A stretch of 64,000 bases of DNA from Eledone cirrhosa (Eukaryota): assembly GCA_964016885.1 (NCBI GenBank), contig CAXHJY010000517.1:1-64000 (forward strand). Direction: 5' to 3'. The notes under the pieces are model-generated. The model did not search any database. It saw only the letters and a list, made by a program, of their open reading frames with translations, and was not told the origin of the DNA. Position numbers and translations under genes: made by a program. Shown here piece by piece: positions 25,308-36,927 of the stretch (position 1 is the first letter of the stretch; every line of letters starts with the position of its first letter).

Positions 25308-28300
25308 GTCTTAGTCTTAGATTCTTCCACGATGTTCGGCGCATCGAGCAGTAAGTACCCGCCAACGATCAGCGGCAACTTTTTCGAGACCGTGCCAGGT
25401 GATGTTGGCTGCCATCAGGACCTTCCGGAACGTTCGTCGCCAGGTGATCCTTGGGCAACCCCGCCTCCGTTTACCTCCAGTTCATCGCTGTTTTCGAATG
25501 CCGTTCATTTGGCAGACACAGAGTATGGCCAGCCAGACGGTACCGACGCTCCGTGACCACTCTCTGTAGTGTCCACGACTCGGCTCTCCCCAGGATCTCC
25601 TCGTTTCGCACTCGGTCGCGCCAGGATACACGAAGGATCTTTCGCAGGCACCGCTGGTGGAAAGCGTTCAGCCGTCTCTATTTTTGCCGTACTCCTCCAG
25701 GTCTCGCTCGCATAAAGCACTGTCGGTAGCACGATGCTCTTGTACAGGCGGAGCTTGGTCTTGATGCTAATGCATGAAGACGACCAGACAGGGCACAGCC
25801 GCAGGAAAACTGCGGCTCCTTTACCGATCCGACAGTTGATGTCGAGCTCCGCGTCGCGCTGCTTGCCAGGATGCTGCCCAGATAAGTGAAGTGACCGACT
25901 TCTTCGAGGTCCTGTTGGTTGACTCTGATCACTGGACCTGTGTTGCTGGCCGTTCTCATGACCTTGGTCTTTTTGGTGTTGATTCTCAGGCTGATCTTTT
26001 CCGCATTCTCTTGTGAGGATATTGTTAGGGCCTACAGATCTGCACTGTTTTCAGCGATCAAAGTGATGTCGTCGGCGAATGCCAGGGCCCTCAGCCTCGA
26101 CTGCCCTCTCCATAGGATTTCTCGACCGGGTCCTTCATCCATTCGCCTTAGTACGAAATCGGCTGCCAGCAGGAACAACAGTGGAGAGAGAATGCAACCC
26201 TGTCTGACTCCGGAGACAATGTCAAAGAACTCCGTCACACCGGACTCAGTCCGCACGCAGCAGCTGGAGTTTCCATACAGGGCCTTGAAAATGGCGATGA
26301 ATCTTGCAGGAGTGCCGTACAGTTGCGCAACATTCCACAGCGACTCCCGGTGTATAATGTCGAATGCCTTCTGGAAATCAATAAAATTGACCGCCAAAGG
26401 CTGTTGTAGCTAAACGCATTGTTCGAGAATGTTGCGTAGTGTAAAGATCTGTTCTGTGCAAGATAGATTTTTTCGGAAGCCGGTTTGTTCCTCCCAGGGC
26501 ACAGAGTCGACAGCCTGCCGGAGTCGACGCAGCAGCACAGTGCAGAATCCCTTGCCTGGGACTGACAGCAATGTGATACCACACCAGTTGTTGCAGTCTG
26601 TCAGGTTTCCCTTCTTTGGCAGTTTGACGATGACACAGCGCTGCCACACAAGGGGAACCCGACCAACCCTCCAGCAGTGATTCATCAAGTCTGTCAACGC
26701 CGTTATCCTACCCTCCTCACCGAATTTGAGCAGCTCAGCAGAGATCTCATCCAGTTCGCCTGCTTTGCCGTTCCTCAAGTGGCTAATAGCATCTCTCGTC
26801 GCTTGCTTGGTGATATGGTCCTCGCAGACTTTGAATATCTCAGTGGTTGCTGGAGTCTCTGCGGTCAAGTCTATCAGGGCGACCGGATTTGGTTGCTTCA
26901 GCGTCTCCCGGAAGTGCTCTATCCCTCTCTGCTCCTGTTCCGCTCAAGTGGTCAACGTCTTGCCATTTTTGTTCCTCACCGGCATGCTGGCACCGATCGA
27001 CATTCCTGTCAACTCCCTCACGGTGCGGAACAGTGCTTTTGTATCGTTTCGACCAGCAGCTTCCTCTGCCTCAGCACCCTTTTTCTCCAGCCAGTCACGT
27101 GTGTCCCGCCGGCAGCTTCGCTTTACCGGTCGGTTGATTTGGCGGTATACGGCATCTCTTTTCTTTTGTTCTTCCTCCGATCTGGCAGAATCTCGCTCGA
27201 CTTTTGCCTTTTTTCGTCTGTCAATCAGGTCCCACGTTGGTTCTTGGATTCATTTTTCCCTCCTCGTTCCTCGTCTTCGGCCAATAGTTTCTTGTGCTGC
27301 CTCAGTCACCGCTGTCGTGAACATCGTCCATTGATCTTCCAGATCTGCAGCCTCACTCAACTGCTGGAATCGGTTGTGTAGCGCCAGTTTGTACAGTCGC
27401 GCTTGACCGGGATACTTCAGCTTCTCCACTGCATATGGCTTTGGTCTTTCCTGTCGTGTCCGTTTCTTCAGGCGCAGCTGAAGTTACGCACACAGTAGGT
27501 GGTGGTCTGAGCCCACGTCCGCACCTCCGTACACTCTGACGTCACGTACCGAGGACCGCCAGCGCTGGTTGATGCAGATGTAGTCGATCTCGTTTCGGCT
27601 TTTCTAGTCCGGAGACTGCCAAGTAGCCTTGTGAATCGCCTTGTGTTTGAAATAGGTGTTGCTAATGCACAAGCTGTTGATGGCACAAAACAGCTGCAGT
27701 CTCTCGCCGTTGTCCGTGGTGACCGCAGCAGAACCGAATGGCCCAGTGACCTGTTCCAGTCCCTGTCTGTTGCAGCCAATCTGAGCCTTGACATCACCGA
27801 TCCGTAGTTTGATGTCATGGCTGGGCAAGTTATTAAATGTGTCCTGCAGCTGTTCGTAGAAGGCGTCCTTGTCGATGTCAGTTGCGTCATCAATCGGTGC
27901 GTAGCCCTAAACAGTGATTTTCGCATGCCCACTTTGAAAACGGGAGGTTATGATGCGCTCACTGACTGGCTCCCATCCGATCAATGCTCGAGTTACTCGG
28001 GCGCTAATCACAAGTCCAATGCCATGGACGTGCTTGTCTTGGTGTCCAGAGTAGAGCAGAGTTGTGACTCCGCTGCCACTCATCTTACCGCTGCCGGTCC
28101 AGCGCATTTCACTCACGCCCAGAATGTCCAGCTGGTAGTGGTCGAACTCGCGAAGTAGCTGAGCCAGCTTTTCTGCCCTGCCTGGTATAGTGTACGCACG
28201 TTCCAAGTTCCAATTCGCATCTTTGTTTTGGTGCTCAGAATCCGGCTTATCGGAACCCCAACGTCCTTTCGGCTTTGGTTGAGGTCCGTCAATAGGGGAG

Positions 28301-28447
28301 TGTTTCCCACGCCTTCATCTTTACGCCGATCATTTTTAGTTTTTTTTGTTGGCTTTTCTTGCTGTTTCTTTAGCGGTTAGAATTTTTACAGCAGTGCCGG
28401 GTTGCTAAGCCGACGCCTTCCGCCTGTATTTGCCGATTCTTTGCCAC
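25308..28447 (-). mobile_element. RTE-clade LINE, near full length, degenerate
   Basis: IGTWNVRTL, GVSEMRW, GWEPVSERII, IDFQKAFD, GVRQGCILSPLLF, FADD, VLYASETW; (CTAAGA)n tail at 25308-25322. Confidence 0.9.
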
Positions 28448-28862
28448 TAATCTATTACACAGTACAGTTCTCTATAACACGATACTGTTCTCTATAACAC
28501 GACACTCTTCACTATATCATACGATAATCTTCACTATAGTACACGGTACAGTTCTCTATATCACTCGGTACTGTCCACAATTATAACAGTGGTAACTTCC
28601 CACCATATGTCCTTCCTCTGTCACAATAGAAACAACATGTTTCACTACTTAACAAAAACTCTATTAAGATAAGAAAACAGTAGAAATGTTGATTTAATAA
28701 TACTTCACTCAATATCTAGTTCAGAACCCCGTTAGGTTTTTATTCCAAACGCCTACAGTGCTCAATAAAAATAGGGCCCCTGATAATCTACTGATTCCCT
28801 TCTGATGTGTTTATAGGTCAACCTAGCAGGAAACACATACACATATGCATACACACACACAC

Positions 28863-28893
<31 letters not shown>

Positions 28894-29434
28894 CAGCACC
28901 CACGCACACAACACACACATACACACACACACACATACACAGCACCCATGCACACAACACACATACGCACATACACACAAATACACACGCACGCACACAA
29001 CCACGTGCATATGCAGCACCGACACACGCAACACACACACACACAAGTACACATAATCAGCACCCACGCACACAACACTCACACGCAAACACACACACAC
29101 GCACACACGCAAACACACACGTACATATACAGCTCCCATGTACACAACACACACGTACACACGCACTCAGACATACACTCATTCTACCATTATCAGAATG
29201 CTAATCTCCTCAGCCACCACACCTTTCTCCTTGTTACTTCTATAAATAAACCCCTCATCCTCTGATCTTTCAACTTCTCTACCTTCTCTAAATTTATTCT
29301 CTGCCCTCACTCTACCCACTTTTTTCCCTCTATTCCCCTCCCCTTACCCTCTTACTCACTCTCTCTTCCTTTTGTATTTTAACACTGATCTTACTTTTCG
29401 ATTTTCACGCAGAGCATGTCCGTATGAGTTAATT

Positions 29435-29655
29435 AGTCCTTGAGCAAGACACTTTATTTCAGGTTGATCCAATTCACTTAACTGTAGAAATAAGTTACGA
29501 CATCACTAGTGCCAAGCTGTATCGGCCTTTACCTTTCCCTCGGACAACATCGGTGGCGTGGAGAGGAGGAATTGGTATGTATGAGTGACTTCTGGTCTTC
29601 CAGAAAAGTACCTTGCCAGGAATTGTGCACCAGAGGGGAACTTTGTAGTTGCAAC
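29435..29655 (+). mobile_element. tRNA-derived SINE body/tail (5' truncated)
   Basis: Core GTCCTTGAGCAAGACACTTTATTTCA is shared with the copies at 34069 and 45235. Confidence 0.7.
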
Positions 29656-29838
29656 CCCCCACCATATATATATACAGTTATATAACTGCTATAGATCAGA
29701 CAATATGTCAATATGATCAACCCTCCGAAACGATCGTAAAACAATGATATGAATAGGTTAAATGACTTGACTTCATTGTTATTATTTCCATTGTTAATTT
29801 AATACCTAATATATACATACATATATATATATTGAATT

Positions 29839-29877
<39 letters not shown>

Positions 29878-30029
29878 GTAAATTCTATAAGTTGATTATA
29901 CAACAGTAAGCCATTCAGATTTAAAGCTCAGGTGTGTTTATTTCAATCTCCAGATTAGTGAAAGGTATATCCAGTTAGTACAATTGCGGACATCTTTTGA
30001 AAAGAATACTTTTTAGAGAATGAAGCATA

Positions 30030-30765
30030 ATAATAATATATAATGAAATCATTGTGTAGTGCTCAGGTGCACTACAACTCATCAAAGGTGCATGTATAGT
30101 ACATAGAATAATATACAAGTGTCAGGGACGTGAATAGTGTATGAGTCATGATATACATATGCGCGTGTGAATGGAGGGGGAATATCAGGTGTAGTGTTGG
30201 CGAAGCTCGGGAAGCATGGAGGTTTTAAAGGATGCAGTGCCTTGACAGCTAACAATTGATGCAGGTAGTTTGTTCCATGCTTCAGCAACTCTGAGCGTGA
30301 AAAAATGTTTCCGAAAGTCATGGGAACTGTGCTGTTTTCTGACTTTGTGGGCATGCCCACGTGTGTTAGACACATGGAAGTCAAAAAGGTACTCAGGGTT
30401 GTTGTTGGCAAGATGGTTAGTAATTTTGTGGGTGTTTACCAAGTCAGTTGCCAGACGTCGGAGCTTCAATGTATCCATGCTTAGGGAAGCAAGGCGTTCA
30501 GAGTATGGTAGTTTCCAGGCGGTCAATGTTCTGAGCAAGATAGGGGTTCCAGACTGGTGATGCAAATTCTAAGTGTGGCCGCACCATAGCTATATACAGC
30601 TTTAAATAGATTGCTGGAGAGCGGCTGACAAAGGTCTTGTTGAGTGATGGTAAGACACCCTCGGCCTTCTTGACAATTTTAGAGACGTGCTTCGTCCAAC
30701 GCAAATCGCTGCTGACCGTAATGCCCAGGTCACGTTCACAAGAAGACTTCTTGATATTAGTGTTA
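30030..30765 (-). mobile_element. CR1-clade LINE 3' fragment
   Basis: ERDLGI..SDL.W..H, VRPHLEFASPVWNP, TRGH..K, RKHFFTLRVAEAWNKLP. Confidence 0.88.
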
Positions 30766-30910
30766 TATAAATAACATATAAATAACATATACAAATAAAT
30801 AACATATTAATTGTTGAACCTTGGTGATATATTTCTTGTGTTTTTATATATAATTCCAATATTGGAATTGAATAATCAAAACCGTAGCGGTATGTCACAT
30901 ATCAAATCAT

Positions 30911-30964
30911 ATATTTTATCTGATGAAACACCATTGTACCTTTGAAATATGTATAATAAAATAT
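30911..30964 (+). ncRNA. Hammerhead motif (family B), stem II degenerate
   Basis: ATATTTTAT-CTGATGA-17 nt-GAAA-TATGTA-TA-ATAAAATAT (9-bp stem I). Confidence 0.65.
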
Positions 30965-31105
30965 ATATTTTGATTATGAGAATATTTTTCCTTTATTAAC
31001 ATTTTGAATAATATTAAACACTCAAGGAAAATCCTTTGTTGAGTGCTTCTAATCTATTGTAATATTGTATTCGTTGAGTAATCAACGAACCATATTAATC
31101 TTTGG

Positions 31106-31157
<52 letters not shown>

Positions 31158-31607
31158 CACACTGAAAAAAATATATATACATATATCCTTGATTTGTTCT
31201 TAGGGTGTGATCATAGATAGTTTCAAATTCTCTCCTTTGCTGACCATCCAGGATTTAACATCTATGATTCGCCTATTAATGGTGAAGTATATTTCTTTAA
31301 TGGAATATATGCAAAGGAGATTAATGATTATTGCAAGGTTTCTATATTTAAAGTTCTCGATAACTTTTAATATGTTACCTCCGTAACTATATGTTAACAT
31401 TTATCTTTACAAATTATCCCCCGTCAATGTTTATTTTATATATCGAACTTTAATTTAATTGTTAATAAATGCTCGGATTCATTCCTTAGAATCTTTGAGC
31501 TTCTTCTACAAGTTGTATGGCGCATGTTTCTGATATTTTCAGACATAACATCTTAAATGTTGTTAGTATATATATATATATATATAATATTATATTACTA
31601 CCACAGA

Positions 31608-31692
31608 GGTCCGACGAGCCACTGATTATAGAGTCGGACTAGATCAATACAGATCGAACCTTGAGCTGATCAATAGCGAAACGCGCGTCACC
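31608..31692 (+). ncRNA. Hammerhead motif (family C), CCGACGA core variant with long stem II
   Basis: GGT-CCGACGA-GCCACTGAT...ATCAATAGC-GAAA-CGCGCG-TC-ACC, inside a ~250-nt repeat (31596-31842). Confidence 0.65.
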
Positions 31693-31854
31693 AACCAATA
31701 AGCATATTGAAGAAGTAACAACCATTCATCTTTGTTTTATTATACTACACTCTGTCTAGCTCTACACCTCGATACCGACGTGAATCTAAACATCGAGTGC
31801 TCACCCAAGTGAACTTACAGTAACTCCGCCTTACACTCCCTGGATATATATCTT

Positions 31855-32125
31855 GGTTAAGAGAGTGGGACTGGCTTTGTGCAGTGCCTTTGCTCACTAT
31901 AAAAGTTTCACGGCACAGGCATTGCTTTGTATCTGGAGATCTCTCTGCACTTGTCACGTGGGCCCAGCACTATGTGTCAATAATTGTCACAAGTGTAGTG
32001 TTTGTGCCAGAGTTTTCAAGTCGCTGGCTGGACTAAAAAGTCACACTCGTTCAGCGCATCGGTAGGGGTTCTCCTACATGGATATAAAGTAGTGGCCGTA
32101 CTCGAAAACGAGTTGGCAGCCATCA
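31855..32125 (+). mobile_element. Short non-autonomous RTE derivative (5'UTR fused to C2H2 finger and 3' tail)
   Basis: [22 protein letters not shown] and tail GTACTCGAAAACGAGTTGGCAGC. Copies at 47541-47938 and 57709-58017. Confidence 0.8.
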
Positions 32126-32239
32126 TATATATGTATAGTTTAGGGATTGTAACGTCAAGTTACTGTAGGTTCATGAAAGTGAGCACTCGATGCGTAGTTT
32201 CCAGTATGTACTTGGGGGTTGTACTAAGCAGAGTGTATA

Positions 32240-32293
<54 letters not shown>

Positions 32294-32435
32294 TTTCGGA
32301 AAATCATGTGATTAATAAAAACACGCACACCGTTAGATATTTCATTTAATTTTTTTTAAATTACTAGTCTCCACCCTAATTGGTCTACTGGTAGCGCCAG
32401 TCCTGAATGCAGTACTGAAGTTTATTGAAGTTATA

Positions 32436-32594
32436 CAGTAAAATTCCGTTATAACGAAATTCACGGGATATAAAAAAATTCGTTGTAACGAAAAATTCTT
32501 TATAACGAGATCGATCCAATACATTGAGCGTGTGGCCGGGGATTGAACAAAATTTCGTTATACTGAAAAATTCGTTATAACGGAATTGTACCTG
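32436..32594. mobile_element. Tc1/mariner (pogo-like) MITE
   Basis: TA|CAGTAAAATTCCGTTATAACGAA ... TTCGTTATAACGGAATTGTACCTG|TA: TIRs, TA TSD, internal TTCGTTATAAC repeats. Confidence 0.85.
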
Positions 32595-32928
32595 TATTTC
32601 ACAAATGTACCTTAATCTATTTTGGATCCACTTCTAGTTGCTAGATGAACGAAAATCAGTGGAATGAAGCCCCTTCAGTAGAGTTGAGCTTACACTTGCT
32701 GCGTTGAGATCCCAATATAGAAACTATTTCGTTACTTTTTTCTCTCGAAAGATTAATACAAACTTTTACATGTGGTTATTTTTCAGATTCATTTCTTATA
32801 TTGATGGTGCTAGAAATAGCAACCATATCTCCCTCAAATCACACTAAAATATCTGAATAATACATCAGATTATGAACTCCAAGATTTTGAACAAAATATA
32901 TTTGGAGGGAGAAAGAGAGTGTTTTTGC

Positions 32929-32961
<33 letters not shown>

Positions 32962-33201
32962 TGTGTGTGTGTGTTTGAGAGAGAGAGAGAGAGAGAGAAG
33001 ATGAAATGGTCAGAGAGCACTAATATGCCTGATCTGGGACTAAACAACAAACATAAAAGCTACAAGATTACTGCTGAAATGCCTTTAAATGTTAATATCC
33101 TGAAGATATATAAAAACAGGTTTGTTAATTCAAATTCAGTTAATATCATTACTAAAGGAGAGATCGTTGTGAAAAGTTTACAATATTAGAGTAAAGACTT
33201 T

Positions 33202-33400
33202 AATGTTTAATGCGATGCAGTCATAGTGCTAGTTTGCAATTTTCAAGAATATCTTGTTAATGCGGTTTCATGTGGTACAGGATGTTAAGATCTAATTAGG
33301 GTAAATATTTGATGTTTAATGTGATGCAGTCATAGTGCTAGTTTTCAATTTTCAAGAATATCTTGTTAATGCGGTTTCATGTGGTACAGGATGTTAAGAT
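33202..33400. repeat. ~90-bp direct duplication (period 110)
   Basis: ATGTTTAATG..GATGTTAAGAT at 33202 and 33312. Confidence 0.85.
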
Positions 33401-34068
33401 TTAATCATAGATCTAGTCAATGAAATCTGACCAGGGGCTAATCAACAATAAAGATTTCCACCAATAAAACATTACAGAACAGATGAATATCTGAGAATAA
33501 CCGTTAACAAGTGGAAGTGTTTGACAACAACTAATCAGGTGTAAATATACAGGTGTATTGACCAGAAGTATTTGACAGCGAGTGGCCAAGTCTAAATATA
33601 CAGAAACATTGACACTAATAGTAAAATATTTCCTTATTCATTGTAGCAATGGCGGATAAAGGAATGATACTTTTAACATTCTCTATTCTAATCAGTAATA
33701 AATACATTAAACGATAACATATAAATTTAATTATTGTTATATTTGGGGAGGGTCATGTTGTCCTGTAAAACACACACACAGTTTGGTTTGGTATTCGCTT
33801 CAGTATATTTTTATATTTCTATAAATAATTCAGCAGGAAATCAATGTTTATCATTGATTGACCAACAGTTAAAAATATAAATATAAATATAATTTCTCAA
33901 ACTTCTTTCGTCACACATTTCAGTTTCAACAAACGATTTCATATCAAAAACCTTGCAAAACAAATACATCGCCGCATAAACTTAGTGATTTCTACCATTA
34001 AGACAAGCACAAGCATTTATGAATAAAGCAATGTATGTAATTGACATCAGTATATTACTGGTACTTGA

Positions 34069-34190
34069 AGGAGGGTTGTTTAGTGACGAGGATGCTGGGC
34101 TCACGATCGTAAAGTTGTGAATTCGATTCTGCAATAGGACGGCGTGTTGTGTTCTTGAGCAAGATACTTTATTTCAATTGGCTCCAGTCT
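34069..34190 (+). mobile_element. tRNA-derived SINE
   Basis: Degenerate A/B boxes (GTTTAGTG; ATTCGATTC) and the CTTGAGCAAGATACTTTATTTC core. Confidence 0.7.
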
Positions 34191-34206
34191 TCTATTTCTA
34201 ACTCTA

Positions 34207-34242
34207 TCTTCTGAGGAAGGACAAATGTCCGAAACATTAAGA
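34207..34242 (+). ncRNA. Minimal hammerhead motif (family A)
   Basis: TCTT-CTGAGGA-A-GGAC(AAAT)GTCC-GAAA-CA-TT-AAGA. Confidence 0.7.
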
Positions 34243-34537
34243 CTCTTCCTTCTATTTCAAGCGTAAACTAATATATTTCTTCCATGTAATATGCCGTTTG
34301 TTTTGTTATTTTATTTCTGTTTACCATTTACACACACGTGTATATATATATATAGTAATAATAATAAATTTGAAGACTAAATTCCAAAGAGGGCTCGATA
34401 AGGATAAATATATATCAAATATATAACAACCCTAGAGCAAATGTTTATTAAAATAACAGATCCCGTTAAGGGTGAAAGCAGCGATTCTTTGCTTAAACTT
34501 TAATCTGTCATTTTAATATATATATATATATATATAT

Positions 34538-35082
34538 GAATAAAATTAGTCCTTCATCAGTGATCATCCAGCCTTCATTGGTATTTCATCGCTTTAAAGA
34601 CCATATACCTCTGGTTGGTGCGATTAACGGCTAAAGAAAGTCGTTGGGACACGTAAATAGGGGGAACGAGCGAGACAGTAAACAAACAAAGATGGTAATG
34701 CAACGAAAAGTGAGGAAGAAGGAGTCAAGTCCCTGAAATCGATGAACATAAGTTCTGTGAAATCGTAGACGAGAGAATAAAGACCATCCGACCTGGTTGA
34801 AATGTGAGTGAGGAAAGGATTTCGCACAGGTCAAACGGGAGGAAGTAATGGAGAGGGAGTAGCAGAGAGTGAGTGACTGAAAGTGTGAGGAAGAAGCTAA
34901 CAGAGAGAGTGACTGGCAGAGGGGGTAAAAAGAAAGTGAGAGATACAGAGAAAGGGGAAGCAGTAAGAAAGAAACAGACGGGTCACAGCGGAGGAAAATG
35001 TATAAATATATGAAAAAATGGCGTGCTGCGTGGTTGAAAATGGGTTACATGTGAATAAAATTAGTTCTTCATCAGTGATCAG
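34538..35082 (-). mobile_element. ~540-bp (TA)n-flanked interspersed element with terminal redundancy; homologous to 45690-46462
   Basis: Both ends carry ATCACTGATGAAG(G/A)AC..TTTATTCA. The body aligns by eye to 45780-46460. Confidence 0.7.
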
Positions 35083-35091
35083 TATATATAC

Positions 35092-35621
<530 letters not shown>

Positions 35622-35906
35622 AATAACTTGTGTGTTACACCTCTATTCTTTTAACTATATATATATATATATATATATATTTTGAGTTTATGTTGGTTGT
35701 ATACCAACACCTCAGTATGCAGGCTGGAGCACTCGACGAAGTGCGCAGGTTGGTTTGGTTACTCCGGAGTAGTGTAAAATAAAGTTAAATAAATTCACCA
35801 GTTCCCCAGTGAATTAACAACCCACCAAGGAACTGGGCATATCAGAGTATTGACAATATCATACACCTAAACAACATATGTACTTGTCTATACCATACTA
35901 ATTCAA

Positions 35907-35961
35907 ACTGCCTGAAGAGGTCACAGCCAAAGATGGCTGTCACTGAAATATATATAGCAGT
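35907..35961 (+). ncRNA. Type-I hammerhead ribozyme (family D)
   Basis: ACTGC-CTGAAGA-GGT-C-ACAGCCA(AAGA)TGGCTGT-C-ACT-GAAA-TATATA-TA-GCAGT, then AATAAA. Confidence 0.85.
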
Positions 35962-36005
35962 AATAAACGAAGCTAAATTTTAATCATTTGACTTTTATTT
36001 AACTT

Positions 36006-36049
<44 letters not shown>

Positions 36050-36090
36050 TTACAAATATTAATAAAATAGATGTTCTTTTGATCAATTAA

Positions 36091-36143
36091 ATTTTATTAT
36101 ACATATTTCAGATGTACAACAGTACGTCCTCATCAGACAAAAT
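36091..36143 (-). ncRNA. Hammerhead motif (family B) in a Penelope terminal repeat (36045-36840)
   Basis: ATTTTGT-CTGATGA-GGACGTAC(TGTT)GTACATCT-GAAA-TATGTA-TA-ATAAAAT. Confidence 0.78.
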
Positions 36144-36839
36144 ATAATGATACATCACATACCCTGAGATGTTAAATGGTTAAGATTTAATCAAGGTAGT
36201 GATTAACCTATGAGAAAACTCAACATTTATACCCGAATAATGAGAAAATGCGAAAACGTAATAAATTCAATAGAGAACGTATGAGTAAGAAAAACGTTGC
36301 TTTCATGAAACAGTTATAGAGATTTTAAAATGTGGGATACTACAAATTATCATTATCGAGGAAGACGTCTCTGGAATTATAATTTTATTACAGTTTAAGA
36401 AGGCAACTGATAGATGATTAAAGAGAGGGAGAGATAAAGGGGAGTAATTTATGCAGAACATTTTTTCCCCTTAAGGTTAAGTTTCAAAATATTTAATTTG
36501 TTATTTTAGGGTGAAGAATAAAAATTTTAAGTTTTTAAAAGTTGATGGTTATTTATATTTATTAATTTTATAAATTTTATAAATTTTTTAAATGTGTTAC
36601 ATTTCTAAAATTCTGAATTTTATGAAAACAAAATTAAAGGATTTACTAGGCCCGCGAAAGAAAAATATACACTGTTGAATATTCCCTTAAATGTAATCTT
36701 TAACAAAAATTACCTCTAACAGTGTCAACATTTTCGGTATGTAAAATTTATGAAGTACTTATTGTTAGAAATATCGAAAAATGTATTGTCAAGTAGATAC
36801 ATTGTCTAAAGTATAATGATTAACGCAGATTTTTCAGCC

Positions 36840-36921
<82 letters not shown>

Positions 36922-36927
36922 GTACAT

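Noticed and set aside
29726-29742. GAAACGATCGTA hammerhead 3' half (similar GAAACCGGTT at ~45649)
   Set aside because: No CTGANGA or stem I partner upstream. Truncated, so not called.
33630-33665. Acceptor-like TTCCTTATTCATTGTAG followed by ATGGCG
   Set aside because: No adjacent donor or meaningful ORF.
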